Assembly: GCA_001661245.1 (NCBI GenBank)
Contig: KV454016.1
Span: 792,648 to 856,647, forward strand
DNA from: Pachysolen tannophilus NRRL Y-2460
Lineage: Eukaryota
Length of the DNA stretch: 64,000 bases
Direction: 5' to 3'
Made by a program: the position numbers and the translations under genes. Each line of letters opens with the position of its first letter. The stretch's first letter is position 1. Shown here piece after piece: positions 46,230 through 58,444 of the stretch. Below the pieces are notes generated by a model. The model worked only from the letters and a program-made list of their open reading frames with translations, did no database searches and was not told where the DNA came from.

Positions 46230-46912
46230 TTTTTTTTTTTTTTTTTCTTATTATTTTTCTTTTTCGCTTCATTTTTACATAAACAATTAACTATCATTGA
46301 ATTTTAATCTCATCTTTTAGTATTTATATATATATATATATATATAAATATATATGATTATATTTGTAACTTATATTTGGTATATGTCGTCTTATGACCA
46401 TACTTGGGGGCGACACAGAAAGAAAAAGCGACACAATCCCAAAAAGCGCCCTACCAAAATAGGATTTCTTGCTTCCAAATTATAGTGAGATGTCACAAAG
46501 TTCGAAAAAGAAAAAGCCAAAAACTCGTACAAATCATACCTACACTCATCACCAACAAAAACTGGAATTCAGTACACACAACTTCCAGATTGGGCAATCT
46601 CTCCAAAAACCGGAAACATTTAAAGTTTAAAGATGAGGAGATGCGGGACAATATCTTTTCCGGGGTAACAAAAAAAAACAGAATATAGATCGTCATTCTC
46701 CCAAAGAACAAATAAGTTTCCTGTATTCTTATTGGCTGTTTTTCGCTGTTTGGTATCACTTGTAAAACAATTTTGTATATGAACAGAACAATTGGTAGAA
46801 GAAAAAAAAAAAGAAAATTAAAATTCACTTTTTATATGTTAAACGGTGCACTTTGTATTAGATCTCAAAAATTTGTATTCTACTTTTTATTACCATTTTC
46901 CTCTATAAAAAA

Positions 46913-46944
<32 letters not shown>

Positions 46945-47297
46945 GAGGAAGGAAAATTTTTTTTATTTATTCTTTTTTTACTTCTATTTTTTATTTAATT
47001 TGTATTTTCTTTATTTTATTTGAACCATTTTACTTGTTAAAAATATTTTATTTTAATAGCGTTTAAGTTAACTTTCCATCTATGGTCAGCGCTTGGCTAA
47101 TAATTACATATGAATATATTGAAATTATATTTTCTGTTGTTTATTTATTTTAATATTTAAATATTTAAATTATTTATTCCTTCTTTTATTATTCTTCTAT
47201 TTATTATAATAGACAAGCAAATGTTTTTGAAATTTAAGGGGGTTTTTTAAACAAGATATTTATTTATTTATTTTTATTCTTATTTATATGGTGGGCC

Positions 47298-49751
47298 ATG
47301 ACAGATCAATTTACCAAGAATAATAATAGTGATGGTTCCAGTTTAACTCAAAATCGTCCTTCATTAACTTCATTAACTTTAAACAGAAATTTTTTAAAAA
47401 ATAAAAGTATACAATCAAATATTAAAAATGTTAATTCAAATATTTTAACTCAGATTTATTTTGAGAATTCTACAATTGATGCAAGACTGGAAGAAAGATT
47501 GTTGAATTTTAAAAATTTTCAAAAATTATTTGCCAATAATGACGGTAGTATTGGTTTGTTGTATTTAATAGCTGATAGGGATAGAAAAGGGTTTTTAAAT
47601 TTAGAAGATTGGTTGGTTTTCACAAAATCATTTTTAGACTATAATAATAATAATACGCTGAATAAATTGGTATCAGAATTGGAAAATGATAACAAATTGA
47701 TGTTCAAATTATTTAAAATCTTGGAAAATGATTATTATAAACCAAAAGTTTCAAATGAAAATTATATTGATCGTCAAAGGTTTATTGAAATATTGAAAAA
47801 AATTAATTTAGGTTCTATTAATGATACTAAGCAAGTTCCAGAAGATGAAAAAGATGAAAAAATTGAAATTGTTTCTGGAATTGAAAAATTTCTTGAAGAA
47901 AATAAAGAATATTTAATAAATGACAAGATCGATTTTAAATTATTTCAAAAATTGTTTCAAAATTTACCAATTATAAAATTTAATATAGAATTTGATAAAA
48001 AAATTGATTCGAATCAAAATAACAAGATAATTTCTTTAGAGTTTTTCAAAAAATCAATCGTTAATGTTTTTGATAATAAATTACCAATTCAACTTTTAAA
48101 TAATATTGATCAACTTGTTGGTTCAAATAAGACTTTAAATTATAATGAAGCAGTGATAATTATCAATTTTTTGAAAAATTTACCAAAATTTAATTATTTA
48201 TTAATGAGTAATGTCTTTTCACAAAATCAAACTACAAAATCTGATTCTATTTCTTTAGATGATTTCTTAAATTATATTAATAAAAATTCTACTGAAAAGG
48301 CCCAATTGAAAGAGGTTGAACTTTATTTCTATTGGAATTGGTTGATTTTGAAAAAAAATGGCGTTACTGAAGCAAATAAAAAATCAGTTAATAAATCCAA
48401 TATTATATCTTTATTGAGTAATACTACTGATACAAATGTTGAGACGGATAAAGCGGTAAAAACATCTAATAGAAATAACTTATATCCAATTTTCCATTCG
48501 TTATATTCATTTGTTCTTGGTTCTGCTGCAGGTGCATTTGGTGCAACAATAGTTTATCCAATAGATCTAGTTAAGACAAGAATGCAAGCTCAAAGACACT
48601 TTAACAAAGTATATAATGGATATTTGGACTGTTTCTATAAAGTTCTCAAAGGAGAAGGTTTTAGAGGAATGTATTCTGGTATTGTTCCACAATGGGTTGG
48701 TGTACTGCCTGAGAAAGCTATTAAATTAACTGTTAATGATATTGTAAGAAAATTAGGCACTGATAAAAATAGTGGTACTATTCCTTTGTATTGGGAGATT
48801 TTAGCTGGTTGTTCTGCTGGGGCAACTCAAGTCATCTTCACCAACCCTTTAGAAATTACTAAGATTAGGTTACAAGTCCAAGGTGAAGCTTTACAAAAAT
48901 TGAAAACGTCTTCAGATGCTGTTACTGCAACAACTGCAACAACTGCTATTCGAAAATTGACCGCATGGAATATTGTTAAGAGTTTAGGTTTTAAAGGTTT
49001 GTATAAAGGAAGTTTTGCTTGCATTTTAAGGGATGTTCCTTTTAGTGCCATCTATTTCCCCACGTATGCTAATCTAAAGAAATATTTATTTGGATTTAAT
49101 CCAAACGAACCAAGAAAGATTCAAAATTGGCAACTTTTAGTTAGTGGCGCATTGGCTGGAATGCCAGCAGCTTTCTTGACAACACCGAGTGATGTTATCA
49201 AAACCAGATTACAAGTGGAAACTAAAAAGGGAGAAACCAAGTATTTAAATGTTAGACATGCTTTCAAGACAATTTTGAAAGAAGAAGGGTTCAAAGCATT
49301 TTTCAGGGGTGGTATTGCAAGAGTATGCAGATCATCACCACAATTTGGTTTTACATTAGCTTCCTATGAAATTTTTCAAAAATATCTTCCATTTGACCTG
49401 ATTTATGATGTCAGTAAAAATCTTAATACCGATCGTTCAAACAACATTACATGTTTAACACCTGAAAAGGTAGAAAATTTTTCCGTCCAATCTCCAAATA
49501 AATATAATGTTGCAAATGTATTAAATTATTATTACTATTTTGGTGACTCGAATGCTATTAATAATACACAACTGTTGCAATTTATTTCAAAAAATAGAAT
49601 CCAGAATAAGCATAATACCGAAGCATTTTTAAATGAAAAGTTAAGGTTAAACAGTCAAAAATTTTTAAATCATTGTTTTGAGTTTAGTGGTAATTTTAGA
49701 AAATTCAATTATTTTGATTACATGAAAAATGTTAGAACTGATACCATTTAA
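47298..49751 (+). CDS. AGC1: Mitochondrial aspartate/glutamate carrier Agc1 (aralar/citrin family)
   Basis: Long N-terminal domain and three carrier repeats ([33 protein letters not shown]), plus [22 protein letters not shown] and [10 protein letters not shown]. Confidence 0.95.
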   Translation: MTDQFTKNNNSDGSSLTQNRPSLTSLTLNRNFLKNKSIQSNIKNVNSNILTQIYFENSTIDARLEERLLNFKNFQKLFANNDGSIGLLYLIADRDRKGFLNLEDWLVFTKSFLDYNNNNTLNKLVSELENDNKLMFKLFKILENDYYKPKVSNENYIDRQRFIEILKKINLGSINDTKQVPEDEKDEKIEIVSGIEKFLEENKEYLINDKIDFKLFQKLFQNLPIIKFNIEFDKKIDSNQNNKIISLEFFKKSIVNVFDNKLPIQLLNNIDQLVGSNKTLNYNEAVIIINFLKNLPKFNYLLMSNVFSQNQTTKSDSISLDDFLNYINKNSTEKAQLKEVELYFYWNWLILKKNGVTEANKKSVNKSNIISLLSNTTDTNVETDKAVKTSNRNNLYPIFHSLYSFVLGSAAGAFGATIVYPIDLVKTRMQAQRHFNKVYNGYLDCFYKVLKGEGFRGMYSGIVPQWVGVLPEKAIKLTVNDIVRKLGTDKNSGTIPLYWEILAGCSAGATQVIFTNPLEITKIRLQVQGEALQKLKTSSDAVTATTATTAIRKLTAWNIVKSLGFKGLYKGSFACILRDVPFSAIYFPTYANLKKYLFGFNPNEPRKIQNWQLLVSGALAGMPAAFLTTPSDVIKTRLQVETKKGETKYLNVRHAFKTILKEEGFKAFFRGGIARVCRSSPQFGFTLASYEIFQKYLPFDLIYDVSKNLNTDRSNNITCLTPEKVENFSVQSPNKYNVANVLNYYYYFGDSNAINNTQLLQFISKNRIQNKHNTEAFLNEKLRLNSQKFLNHCFEFSGNFRKFNYFDYMKNVRTDTI

Positions 49752-50058
49752 CTTAATAGACTTATCATTTACTTTATTTTTTTCAATGTTTTTATTTTTA
49801 TTTTTATCTTTTTGTTTATTCTGCCATTCATCCTACTATTATATTAATGAGTTTAGTATTTATTATTTTCATTTATTTAGATTTTACATTTTCGTTTTTT
49901 GCTTTTCTTTTTGTTTACCATTTTTTCTCTTTTTGTTTCGATGCCCCGTTATGATTAAAACATGTTACTTCATTTGAATTTATCTTCGATTTAATTTATT
50001 ATATTAATTTATCATTGATTTATCGTAATTATTTATTATTATATGTGATTTCTAATAC

Positions 50059-52094
50059 TTAAACCTTGATATTTTTCATTTTTTCCCTTTGCTCTTTTAC
50101 GAATTGTTCTTGTAAAGCTTCTAGCTCTAAAAATAATTTCTCATCTATTGTGAAACAACCATTTTTAACTATATCATTAAAAGTAGAATCTTTGAATATA
50201 AATCTTCCAATTTGTTCAATCTTATTGTCAATTAAACTAGTGTTCAAAACAGCATCCCTTAACCTGTCTAACATTTTTGCCTTTTTCAACATAGCAGATT
50301 TTTTCTTATATTCTTTAATTTCAGGGGTTGATGGGAAATCAGACCTGTGGAAGCCAGGTGGAGATACTGGTCTATCCCATATATTGGTCCTCGAAATGCC
50401 ATGTTTAGTATAATAACCAATTCTCGGGTCGTTATTATTTGGCCTGAATCTGCTCATTAAATTATCATCATTTTTTTTCTTTTTTTCATTATTATCCCAT
50501 CTAATACCTCCTGAAGTTTCAGGCATAGGTCCAATCGCTTCGGAAAATTTTAGGCATTGTGGACATTTACAATGTTGATCCTTCTTATTATGATTGAAAT
50601 GTTTGAAGAATTCCGTTTGTCTGTTTTTCCCTCTTACAGTTCCTGTATATGCAATATCCAATCCATTATTCACGAACGGATTTGGCTGAAAATCCTCTAA
50701 TATCCATTCTCTGGTTTTAAGAAAGTTCCATGATAAATCAACAGTTTCTGACATGTGGTTATTGTTGTTTTTTCGGCGCTTTGACGGCGTTATATAATGA
50801 TTGTCAGGCGTTAATAAAAGATCACTCTGTTTTGTCAATTTTTTAATCTTTTGATCATGGGTCTTTGAAGTCGCGTTAATATCTTTGTTTTTCAGTAGCA
50901 AAACATTTGTGTCTTTCTTGAGGTTATCAGTCAGCGGTGTGGGTAGACAATTAGTGATTTCGCTGAAATCGTCTTGCGAATCATCGATAAATGAATCTTG
51001 GAGGGGGGTTCCCTTCCGTTCATCTTCAGTGTTCTCTTCAATTCTTGGCTTTTCGGTATGATTTTTTTTGGTTTTCATTGGACTAGACAATAATTCAATT
51101 TCTTGAGATTCTTCTACATCACGGAAATCGTACGAGTCATCAGTTTTGACTGAGTACTCTCTATTTTCAGTGTCACTTTCTCTTACATGATCCAATTTTG
51201 CATCCATTTCCATATCAATACTGGCTGGGAAAATCGGTAATGAAGAATTGCTTTCATCAGAAGTTTGAAAATTGAAGCTATCTCTACGATTAAACGGAAC
51301 TTTAAATTCACTATTCTCAGCTCTAGATTTTCTCTCTGTATTGAAAATAGTTTTTTGATGTACATGCTTGTTATTCTGTTCTTCTTGAGATTCAACATCT
51401 GATGAATATTGAGTTGGAGACATAAAATAGTTGTTCTCTTGTGTGCTTGAGTTCTTGTTCATAAAGTCCAAGTCTATATTTTCTTTATTTTCCTCGATAT
51501 TTTCTACTTGACCCTCATGATTCTTTAAAAAGTCTAAACTTCCCAAATCCAGAGATGTGTTATTATTCTGTTTATTTTCTGTGTTAGATGAGGCTTGCGA
51601 ATTTCCTCTTTCCTTTGAATTTATAAGGTCAAAAATGTTGTGTTGTGTAGTAGAATTTGAATTTGAATTTTTTGAGCTTTTATTATTGGTTAGATTCAGT
51701 ATCTGGGCCTTTAAGCTGGAAATAAGCTTTCCATTATTATCATTATCATTCTTGTGACTCTTGACTTCTTGTAGATATTTTTCATTTAACAGATTAAAAG
51801 AAGCCGCGTATGAAGATATTTTACTGCCATTAGCGGACTGCCTCAATTTTATTTCCAATTTTTCATTAGTCTTCTCTAATCTCTTAATCTTTTCAAGGAT
51901 AGCCTTATGACTTTCAAGCACTATAAAAAATTTCGTTATGTTAGCTCGACTAAACTTCATTGACTTTAAATTCTAATCTTGGAAAATAACTTACAATCTT
52001 GGTATTTTTTGTCCTTTTCTTTGAAATATTTTTCCAGATCCAGGGCCCACAATAAAAACCCATTCAAAGGTGAGTCACTATTCTCCTTATTCAT
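50059..52094 (-). CDS. SAE2: DNA end-resection factor Sae2/Ctp1/CtIP; exons 52094-51995 and 51920-50059 (653 aa)
   Basis: N-terminal coiled coil, WILEDFQPNP, CPQC and SPPGFHRSDFPST. An open 100-nt upstream exon joins in frame. Lies in the NUP49-XRN1-BUD13 neighbourhood as in S. cerevisiae. Confidence 0.85.
51921..51994 (-). other. Predicted spliceosomal intron in SAE2 (74 nt, phase 1)
   Basis: GTAAGT donor, AGCTAAC branch-like site (51940-51946) and TAG acceptor; the join preserves frame. An unspliced ATG at 51960 is an alternative start. Confidence 0.8.
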
Positions 52095-52487
52095 AACTCA
52101 TCGGCCTCATCTAGCTAATCACAGGACAACAAAAAGCTTTTATATTTGATGATTAAATGAATAACCTTATAAACATCATTCCCTCTTTTCTGTAAACAAA
52201 TAACACGTCCGAAATGTAGTATTTCCTAAAACAAAGTATTTGCGTCTGATGCACTACAATAAATTTCTTAACTATTTCAATTTCAAACTACGACTATAAG
52301 ACTAACTAAATAATAGTTAAATCAATTGAGTTCAATTGGCAAATATAAATATCGGAATAAATAAGAAGTAAAAGAAATTATTAAATAAATTAGTAAATAA
52401 ATATAGTAGTCAAACAATGGTTCTTTTTTTTTTTTTAATTTTCGTCTTCGTCTTCTCTTTTTGCCTTCCTTCGAATTTGGTCATTTC

Positions 52488-55265
52488 TCATTCTGTCTTT
52501 TCTCTGTTATTATACATATTATCACATATCTCCACGTTGTAGCCCAGACTTCTTTTACCGCAGTGGTAAATTAATCTGGCGTTTTCACCTGCAATTTCTG
52601 AAGGAGCTCTACTTAATGTTTTATATAACAATTTGCATAACCCAAGCATGTTTCCCTTATTTGCAACTTTATCGATATTAAATGCGTACTCAATCAAGGT
52701 TTGATAATATTCTGATCCTGTTACATTAGAGTCAAATATATGAATTTTTCGCTTTGTCAATCTGAACAAATTACTTCTAATTCTTCTTAGATAGGAAAAT
52801 CCTTCTTCTCTTTCTTTTAAATTGTCCAAGTCTACGTCTTTCCCTTCTGGACAATAATTGGATTCGGGACCTTCTGCAATGAAGTTATAATCCCATATAT
52901 ATAACATTGCAACGCCAATAGAGTAAGATCGATTGAAAACATCTTTCACGGGATCATATAAGCGATTTGCATCAGTCACAGAATCGTGAGGTGATAAAAA
53001 CATTTCCCATAAGAGTAAAAAACAATTGATCAAACAAATTTTTGAATCCAAAGTTTTTAAACAAAATCTTTTAAATCTGTCCAATATCTCTAATCTATCG
53101 CTATGATGCGGTTTAACATTCATCCACCATGGTGCCCCTGCTATGATAAAAAGATCATAATGTTGAATCCTCAGGTATACATGCGTTGTATGAAATGAAG
53201 TCAATTTACAGCTGGAGTCAGTGTCAACAAATTCAGGTATTAATCCATTGGAATTGGCATTTCTATAAGCATTGCTAACTAAAGAATTTGAACATCCTGC
53301 ACCAATATCATTCTTCCAATACAGTAAAGCTTTTGTAATAATTTCTTTCCAATTTTTGTTGTTTTTGTTGTTTAATTTTGCTCTTTCATCTTCTAGGCCA
53401 AATGATAATTGTAAATCTCGTTGTTGCATTTGGAATAATACGGCAACGAGTCCAGCAAAAAGTATTTTCTTGTTGAAGTATGTCAACTTAGAAAAATATT
53501 CACTCATGTCTTCCTTAATTGCACTTTTCTTGCTATTATAATTTAGCAATTTTTTCAAACTAGTCAAGAAAACTGGTTGAAGCGGTATAATTTTTTCACT
53601 TCCAGAAAGCTTCATATTATCCCACAACTCGTCATTACATGGTAATTGGGATTGAATCTGATGAGCAAAAATAGAGACCAAATGGCCATAATGAATCAGA
53701 TCAATGGTATCCAAATAAAATACAGTGAAAGTAATCCTTTTCATTGATTCCACCTCCACCCATCTTTCATAAATTTCCTTATTTGATAATCTATTGCCAT
53801 CATTGTTATGGTTTAATTTGATTGGATTACCTCCCAAGGTTGGAGATCTTCTCAATAATTGAATTACGGTACCATGATGCAAATGAGCTCTCTCATGTAA
53901 TTTTCTAGTAGAGCAAGATTTTTCATAATATTCTAACATTATCAAACTTTGGAACACCCAAAGTTTAGCAGGCAGTACAAACTCTGGATCTAAAAAAATT
54001 AACCACCTTAAAGGCACTGCAATCAAATCGCCAATTACTTTATAAGTAGATTCTGTAGATTCCAGATCTGCAGAAAAGGCGGAATTATATGAAAAATTAG
54101 TTCCCAACATTATCATTGAAAGTAATAAAATATGAGGTGCCTTCAATGTATTAAAAGAAGGTTTATGCATAAAGGGAAATTGAGGATGGAAACATTTCCA
54201 ATAATTAATTAAAAATTTTGAAACATTTTCTAAATTAAAACTTTCCACTGTGGCCAATGAAGGAATAAGTTCAACCAACTTGGTAATTGTAACTTGATCA
54301 ATTTGATATAATCTTTGATCTTCAAACTGTATGTTTGAATTATTTGAAGTATTTGAAATATTGAATTTGTTATTGGCAGCCATACTATTCCTATCATTAA
54401 TAACAGTTGTATTGGTATTGGTATTGTTACTATAAGGTGAAAATAATGTTTGATCGTTGAACATGTTCAACAATTGCGAATTAGGTGATAAATCGTTAAA
54501 ATCATCAAAACCAGGATATTCAAAATTTAAAAATAACAGATCGAGATTATATGCATTGTTGCTTGTAGAAGTGAACATATCGAAATTATTTGAATTTAAT
54601 AGATCTGAATTTACCGAATCGTTATTGTCTTCGTTCAACATCCAATTCAAAAAATTCGAACTATGTTGTTGCCTAGAGGTTCGTTGATGGTTTGAATAAG
54701 GAGAAGCTTGCCCTGGGGAAACTTCCGAAATTGTTGATGTTGTAGTTGGTATTCGGGCCAGTGAGCTTGTTTCTGAAGGAGATGAAGATGACGATGTAAA
54801 AAGTGAAATGCTCGTACTGTTTTTACTTTTAATATTTGAAATTAAACTTTTATTACTCGCATTTTCTGTAACGGTATCGTTTTGGTCTTGTATAATTTGT
54901 GTTTCCTCCAGTTGTTGGTCATCATTATTCAAAAAGAAAAAAGACGATAATTTTTTCTTATAGTTTCTTTCATTCCCCAACTTTCTAATATTTTTAAAAT
55001 CATTATTTGTAATTTTTGATGATCTCAACTCATGCCTTTTCAAATGGCGCTTTAATAAATCATTTCTAACAAATGTCTTAAAACAATTATTGTACGTGCA
55101 TTTATAAATGACTTTCGGGTTATGATTTAGTCTATGTCGATTTAAATGCTCACTTCTTGAAAACACCTTAGAGCAATTAGGCTCATTGCATCTATATTTC
55201 TTTCTATTATCGTTATCTCCTTCTAATTCTTGTTTCATACTTTCATCAGTATCAGTCCCAACCAT
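52488..55265 (-). CDS. SDD4: C2H2 zinc finger + fungal transcription factor middle domain, Sdd4/YPR022C-like
   Basis: FSRSEHLNRHRLNHNPK...FVRNDLLKRH, YWKCFHPQFPFMHKPSF and PAKLWVFQ. Near AGC1 as in S. cerevisiae. Confidence 0.75.
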   Translation of the reverse strand: MVGTDTDESMKQELEGDNDNRKKYRCNEPNCSKVFSRSEHLNRHRLNHNPKVIYKCTYNNCFKTFVRNDLLKRHLKRHELRSSKITNNDFKNIRKLGNERNYKKKLSSFFFLNNDDQQLEETQIIQDQNDTVTENASNKSLISNIKSKNSTSISLFTSSSSSPSETSSLARIPTTTSTISEVSPGQASPYSNHQRTSRQQHSSNFLNWMLNEDNNDSVNSDLLNSNNFDMFTSTSNNAYNLDLLFLNFEYPGFDDFNDLSPNSQLLNMFNDQTLFSPYSNNTNTNTTVINDRNSMAANNKFNISNTSNNSNIQFEDQRLYQIDQVTITKLVELIPSLATVESFNLENVSKFLINYWKCFHPQFPFMHKPSFNTLKAPHILLLSMIMLGTNFSYNSAFSADLESTESTYKVIGDLIAVPLRWLIFLDPEFVLPAKLWVFQSLIMLEYYEKSCSTRKLHERAHLHHGTVIQLLRRSPTLGGNPIKLNHNNDGNRLSNKEIYERWVEVESMKRITFTVFYLDTIDLIHYGHLVSIFAHQIQSQLPCNDELWDNMKLSGSEKIIPLQPVFLTSLKKLLNYNSKKSAIKEDMSEYFSKLTYFNKKILFAGLVAVLFQMQQRDLQLSFGLEDERAKLNNKNNKNWKEIITKALLYWKNDIGAGCSNSLVSNAYRNANSNGLIPEFVDTDSSCKLTSFHTTHVYLRIQHYDLFIIAGAPWWMNVKPHHSDRLEILDRFKRFCLKTLDSKICLINCFLLLWEMFLSPHDSVTDANRLYDPVKDVFNRSYSIGVAMLYIWDYNFIAEGPESNYCPEGKDVDLDNLKEREEGFSYLRRIRSNLFRLTKRKIHIFDSNVTGSEYYQTLIEYAFNIDKVANKGNMLGLCKLLYKTLSRAPSEIAGENARLIYHCGKRSLGYNVEICDNMYNNREKTE

Positions 55266-55695
55266 TTTTTATTTTTTTTTTTTTTTTTTTTCTTTTTTTC
55301 AATTTTTTTGAAATTTTTTTTTATGTCCTAATTGCCTCAACAATTTCAGAACATCCTCCCAACTTCTGATGATCAATAACCTCTTCAATGACTTTTATCT
55401 CAGATAATAAGTTCCAATTATATTTAATGACAATTATTGTTTAGTTTTTACTCCAAATTTGGCAAGTTAAGTCAAATAAATTGATGACACTTTTTAGGGG
55501 CGGTCTAATGTACACAGTATTAATTGAAACCCATAGATAAGAAGAAAGATCAGAAACTAGATATAGAAAACTAGATATTTTATCAAAACGCCAGTGATAT
55601 GTGTATATTATAACTATTGAAAATGCAGCAGAAAAACAAGGGAAAGTGGTAAAAAGGTAAAAGGTTAAAAAAAAAGAAAAAAGAAAAAGAAAAAT

Positions 55696-56571
55696 TCATA
55701 CTAATAAAACAGCATTAACGCACCCATCTCTATCCGGTTCATTTGTAATTTGAGCATATTTACCCCATACAACCTTACCACCAGCAGTAACTAACCCCAA
55801 TTCAGAAACATTTACTTCTATTATAGTTCCTTTTGTTAAGACTCCCATCTGGGTGTACATTGGAGATTGTGGATTTTTCTTAACTGCTAATATTGGTAAG
55901 AAAACAGTAACTTTCAATTCTGGATGTGTTACATTTGCCTTTTTCTGCCTTAAAGCTGCAGGTCTAATAATTCTTTCCATCTTTACTGGTCTTCTTGTAA
56001 ATCCTTCTCCAACAAAAGTATGTTTTGTAATCATTCTTTTCCAAGATTTTGATTTTGATTTACCAGTCTTGATAACTTTAAACATTTCTTCTTCACTAAT
56101 ACCTCTTACTTTTGGTAACGGAACAGAAAACTTATCCGCCTTCTCCATTCTCTTTTGCTTAATCGACGAAGAAATCGCCTTTGCAGTATTGTTGGTCTGT
56201 CTATCCAATAAATAAGTTGGTAATGCTTCTCCATCATCTTCTCTTGGTTTCGAAGGTCCATTCAATTTACTCTCTTCATGAGCCTTAATCTTCTTCTTCA
56301 TTGCAACCTTCTCAGCATAACGCTTCTTGGCAAACTGCTTACCTCTCCAACCAGTTAAATTCTGAGCATCTTTAGCAATTCTATGACCTTCTCTAGCCTC
56401 CTTCTTACGTTTTCTTTCTTCATGGTCTAATCGTTTACCATGTTGTTTAATATGTTGCTCAATATATTCGTTTTGAGGCTAAATCAATATACAAAAAAAA
56501 AAATGGTTAGTAACTCAAACAATTCTTTAAAAACAACAACAACAACAACAAAAATCATATAAACTTACCAT
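55696..56571 (-). CDS. NSA2: 60S biogenesis factor Nsa2; exons 56571-56569 (ATG) and 56478-55696 (261 aa)
   Basis: Spliced [22 protein letters not shown]...; C-terminus [23 protein letters not shown]. Confidence 0.98.
56479..56568 (-). other. Spliceosomal intron directly after the NSA2 start codon (90 nt)
   Basis: ATG|GTAAGT, TACTAAC at 56506-56512 and TAG|CCT. Confidence 0.95.
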
Positions 56572-56631
56572 CTTGATTAATTTATCTATCAAATATATTT
56601 TAATTATATATGATAAAATAGATAAAATATA

Positions 56632-57007
56632 TGAAAAATTTTTCAGCTAGTTAATAAAAAGAAACAAAAAGAGGAAAAAAATTTTTTTTATTTAATACCT
56701 AAAAAAGGTAGTAGTGCGCTCGAAACTCAAAAAATTCATTAGTACCGTTTAAAATTAAAGAAAGGTATTAAACAAGATAAAGACAGATGAAGAATATATA
56801 TGTTTTATTGTACTGTTGTTAGAGGTTATTAGAGGTTGTGGAAGTGAGTTGGAGAAAGTAGGAAGATCTGGGTTTTTTTATTGTTGTTTTATTGTTTTTT
56901 TTTTTTTTTTTTTTTTGGTAAGTATATATCTTAACGGTTAACATTTTAAACTCATCTTCTCGGTTCGATTACATAATAATACCTGTGTGAGGCAGAAAAA
57001 TTTTTCA
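56632..57007. promoter_or_regulatory. Ribosome-biogenesis divergent promoter with RRPE and PAC-like elements
   Basis: TGAAAAATTTTTCA (56632-56645), CTCATC (56951-56956) and GAAAAATTTTTCA (56995-57007) between NSA2 and LCP5. Confidence 0.7.
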
Positions 57008-57113
57008 GTACAATATAATATATATATATAAATATATTTATATTTATTTAATTATATGGTCAATATAACAAAGCAAAGATTTGTTCATATTGATAGATAG
57101 ATCAAGAGTTGAT

Positions 57114-58202
57114 ATGGTTGAGACACAGTCAGAGCAGAGCTTGGATAGTATTTTGTCTGTGATTGGACAGTCTTTGGACTCGTTTAAACAGGCGGTGGAC
57201 AAATTGAATTCAGTTCATGATAATTCTTTAGATGAAGAACAAGATTTCCCAAATTTAATTAAAGAGTTATTACTGAAAACGTCATTGAAATTTCCTGAAG
57301 GTGTTTCTCTCTTGTCTTTGAAGAATTCATCATTATTATCTTATGTAAATAATTTACTTTTAATTGTACTTTTAAATTTACAAAGGATGAAAACAAATGA
57401 ACTTGAAAATAAGTTGAGAATTAATGCTATTGAAAATACTATAGTACAAAGAGTCACCATTGAAAGAGGTGTTAAAAGCTTGGAAAATAGGTTGAGTTAC
57501 CAGGTAGATAAGTTGGTTGGTGCTTATTTGAGAATGGAAAACGAAGAACGCTCATCAGTATCGAAACTTGATGGGAATGTTAATAATAAAAATGGTAAAA
57601 TAAAAGATAAAGGTGATTCAGATGAAGAAAGTGAAGCTGAGGATGATGAGGATGAAGATGCTTTGGCTTATAGACCAGATGCATCTTCATTTGCCACAAA
57701 GGCATCACTGGCAGTGAAATCACTGTCAACTTCTGAACAACAAAAGAATGCTACAAGTACACAAGAAAAATATAGACCACCAAAAATTGCAGCTATGGCT
57801 CCTCCTTCTGTTACTCATGATGGTGAAAAGGGATCAAAACCAACCTCAAGGTTTGGAAAATTACAGTCTATGGAAGAATATCTCAAGAGTTCTTCAGATG
57901 CTCCATTGGTAGAGGACAGTATAGGTGCCACAATTGTTGCAAATGGTAGAGGAGGTGTCAAGACATCAAAAGATAAACAAAAAGAAGAAGAAATCAAAAG
58001 ATATGAAGAGGAAAATTTTACAAGATTACCAACAGTATTAAGCAAACATGAGAAAAAATTGAAACGGAAACAACAAATGGATAGTTTTGGAGGAGAAGAT
58101 TTTGGTATTTTTAATAATTCAGGTAAAGATATAGATTCAAGCTCTTCTAGAAAAAAGAAACCAATGAGTTCTTGGGATAGAGCCAAGAAGCGTCGTCTTT
58201 AG
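57114..58202 (+). CDS. LCP5: SSU processome factor Lcp5 (Sas10/Utp3 family)
   Basis: First ATG at 57114; EGVSLLSLKN, RLSYQVDKLV, KYRPPKI, YEEENFTRL and WDRAKKRR. Divergent from NSA2 as in S. cerevisiae. Confidence 0.93.
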   Translation: MVETQSEQSLDSILSVIGQSLDSFKQAVDKLNSVHDNSLDEEQDFPNLIKELLLKTSLKFPEGVSLLSLKNSSLLSYVNNLLLIVLLNLQRMKTNELENKLRINAIENTIVQRVTIERGVKSLENRLSYQVDKLVGAYLRMENEERSSVSKLDGNVNNKNGKIKDKGDSDEESEAEDDEDEDALAYRPDASSFATKASLAVKSLSTSEQQKNATSTQEKYRPPKIAAMAPPSVTHDGEKGSKPTSRFGKLQSMEEYLKSSSDAPLVEDSIGATIVANGRGGVKTSKDKQKEEEIKRYEEENFTRLPTVLSKHEKKLKRKQQMDSFGGEDFGIFNNSGKDIDSSSSRKKKPMSSWDRAKKRRL

Positions 58203-58428
58203 TTAGCTAGTACTAGCTATAGTTAATTAAATATACATACAATATATATTATTATTCTATCAGTTATATCTGTTAAACCATCCTTTCCGAGGGGTCGGCA
58301 TTAGCCCCGGTTTTGTTTTTCGTTTTTTAATCTCGGGAAAACTAACCGGGTGAAAAAAATAACAAAAAAAAATACGCAGATAACAGGAGCTTGCAGGATA
58401 TGCAAGTTGAAGTGGTGAAAAACAAAAA

Positions 58429-58444
58429 TTTCCTTTTTAGGAAA
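58429..58444. promoter_or_regulatory. Mcm1/CArG-type site TTTCCTTTTTAGGAAA
   Basis: Matches CC(A/T)6GG with symmetric TTT/AAA flanks. Confidence 0.5.

Noticed and set aside
45799..46297. ORFs spanning X residues
   Set aside because: Artefacts of the N gap and flanking microsatellites.
46404..46828. Two opposing ORFs upstream of AGC1
   Set aside because: Non-ATG starts and no homology signal; the region looks like a promoter (CGG motifs, CCAAT).
56962..56972. B-box-like GGTTCGATTAC suggesting a tRNA
   Set aside because: Imperfect match with no cloverleaf or A box recognisable around it; no tRNA(CAG) was seen in this window.
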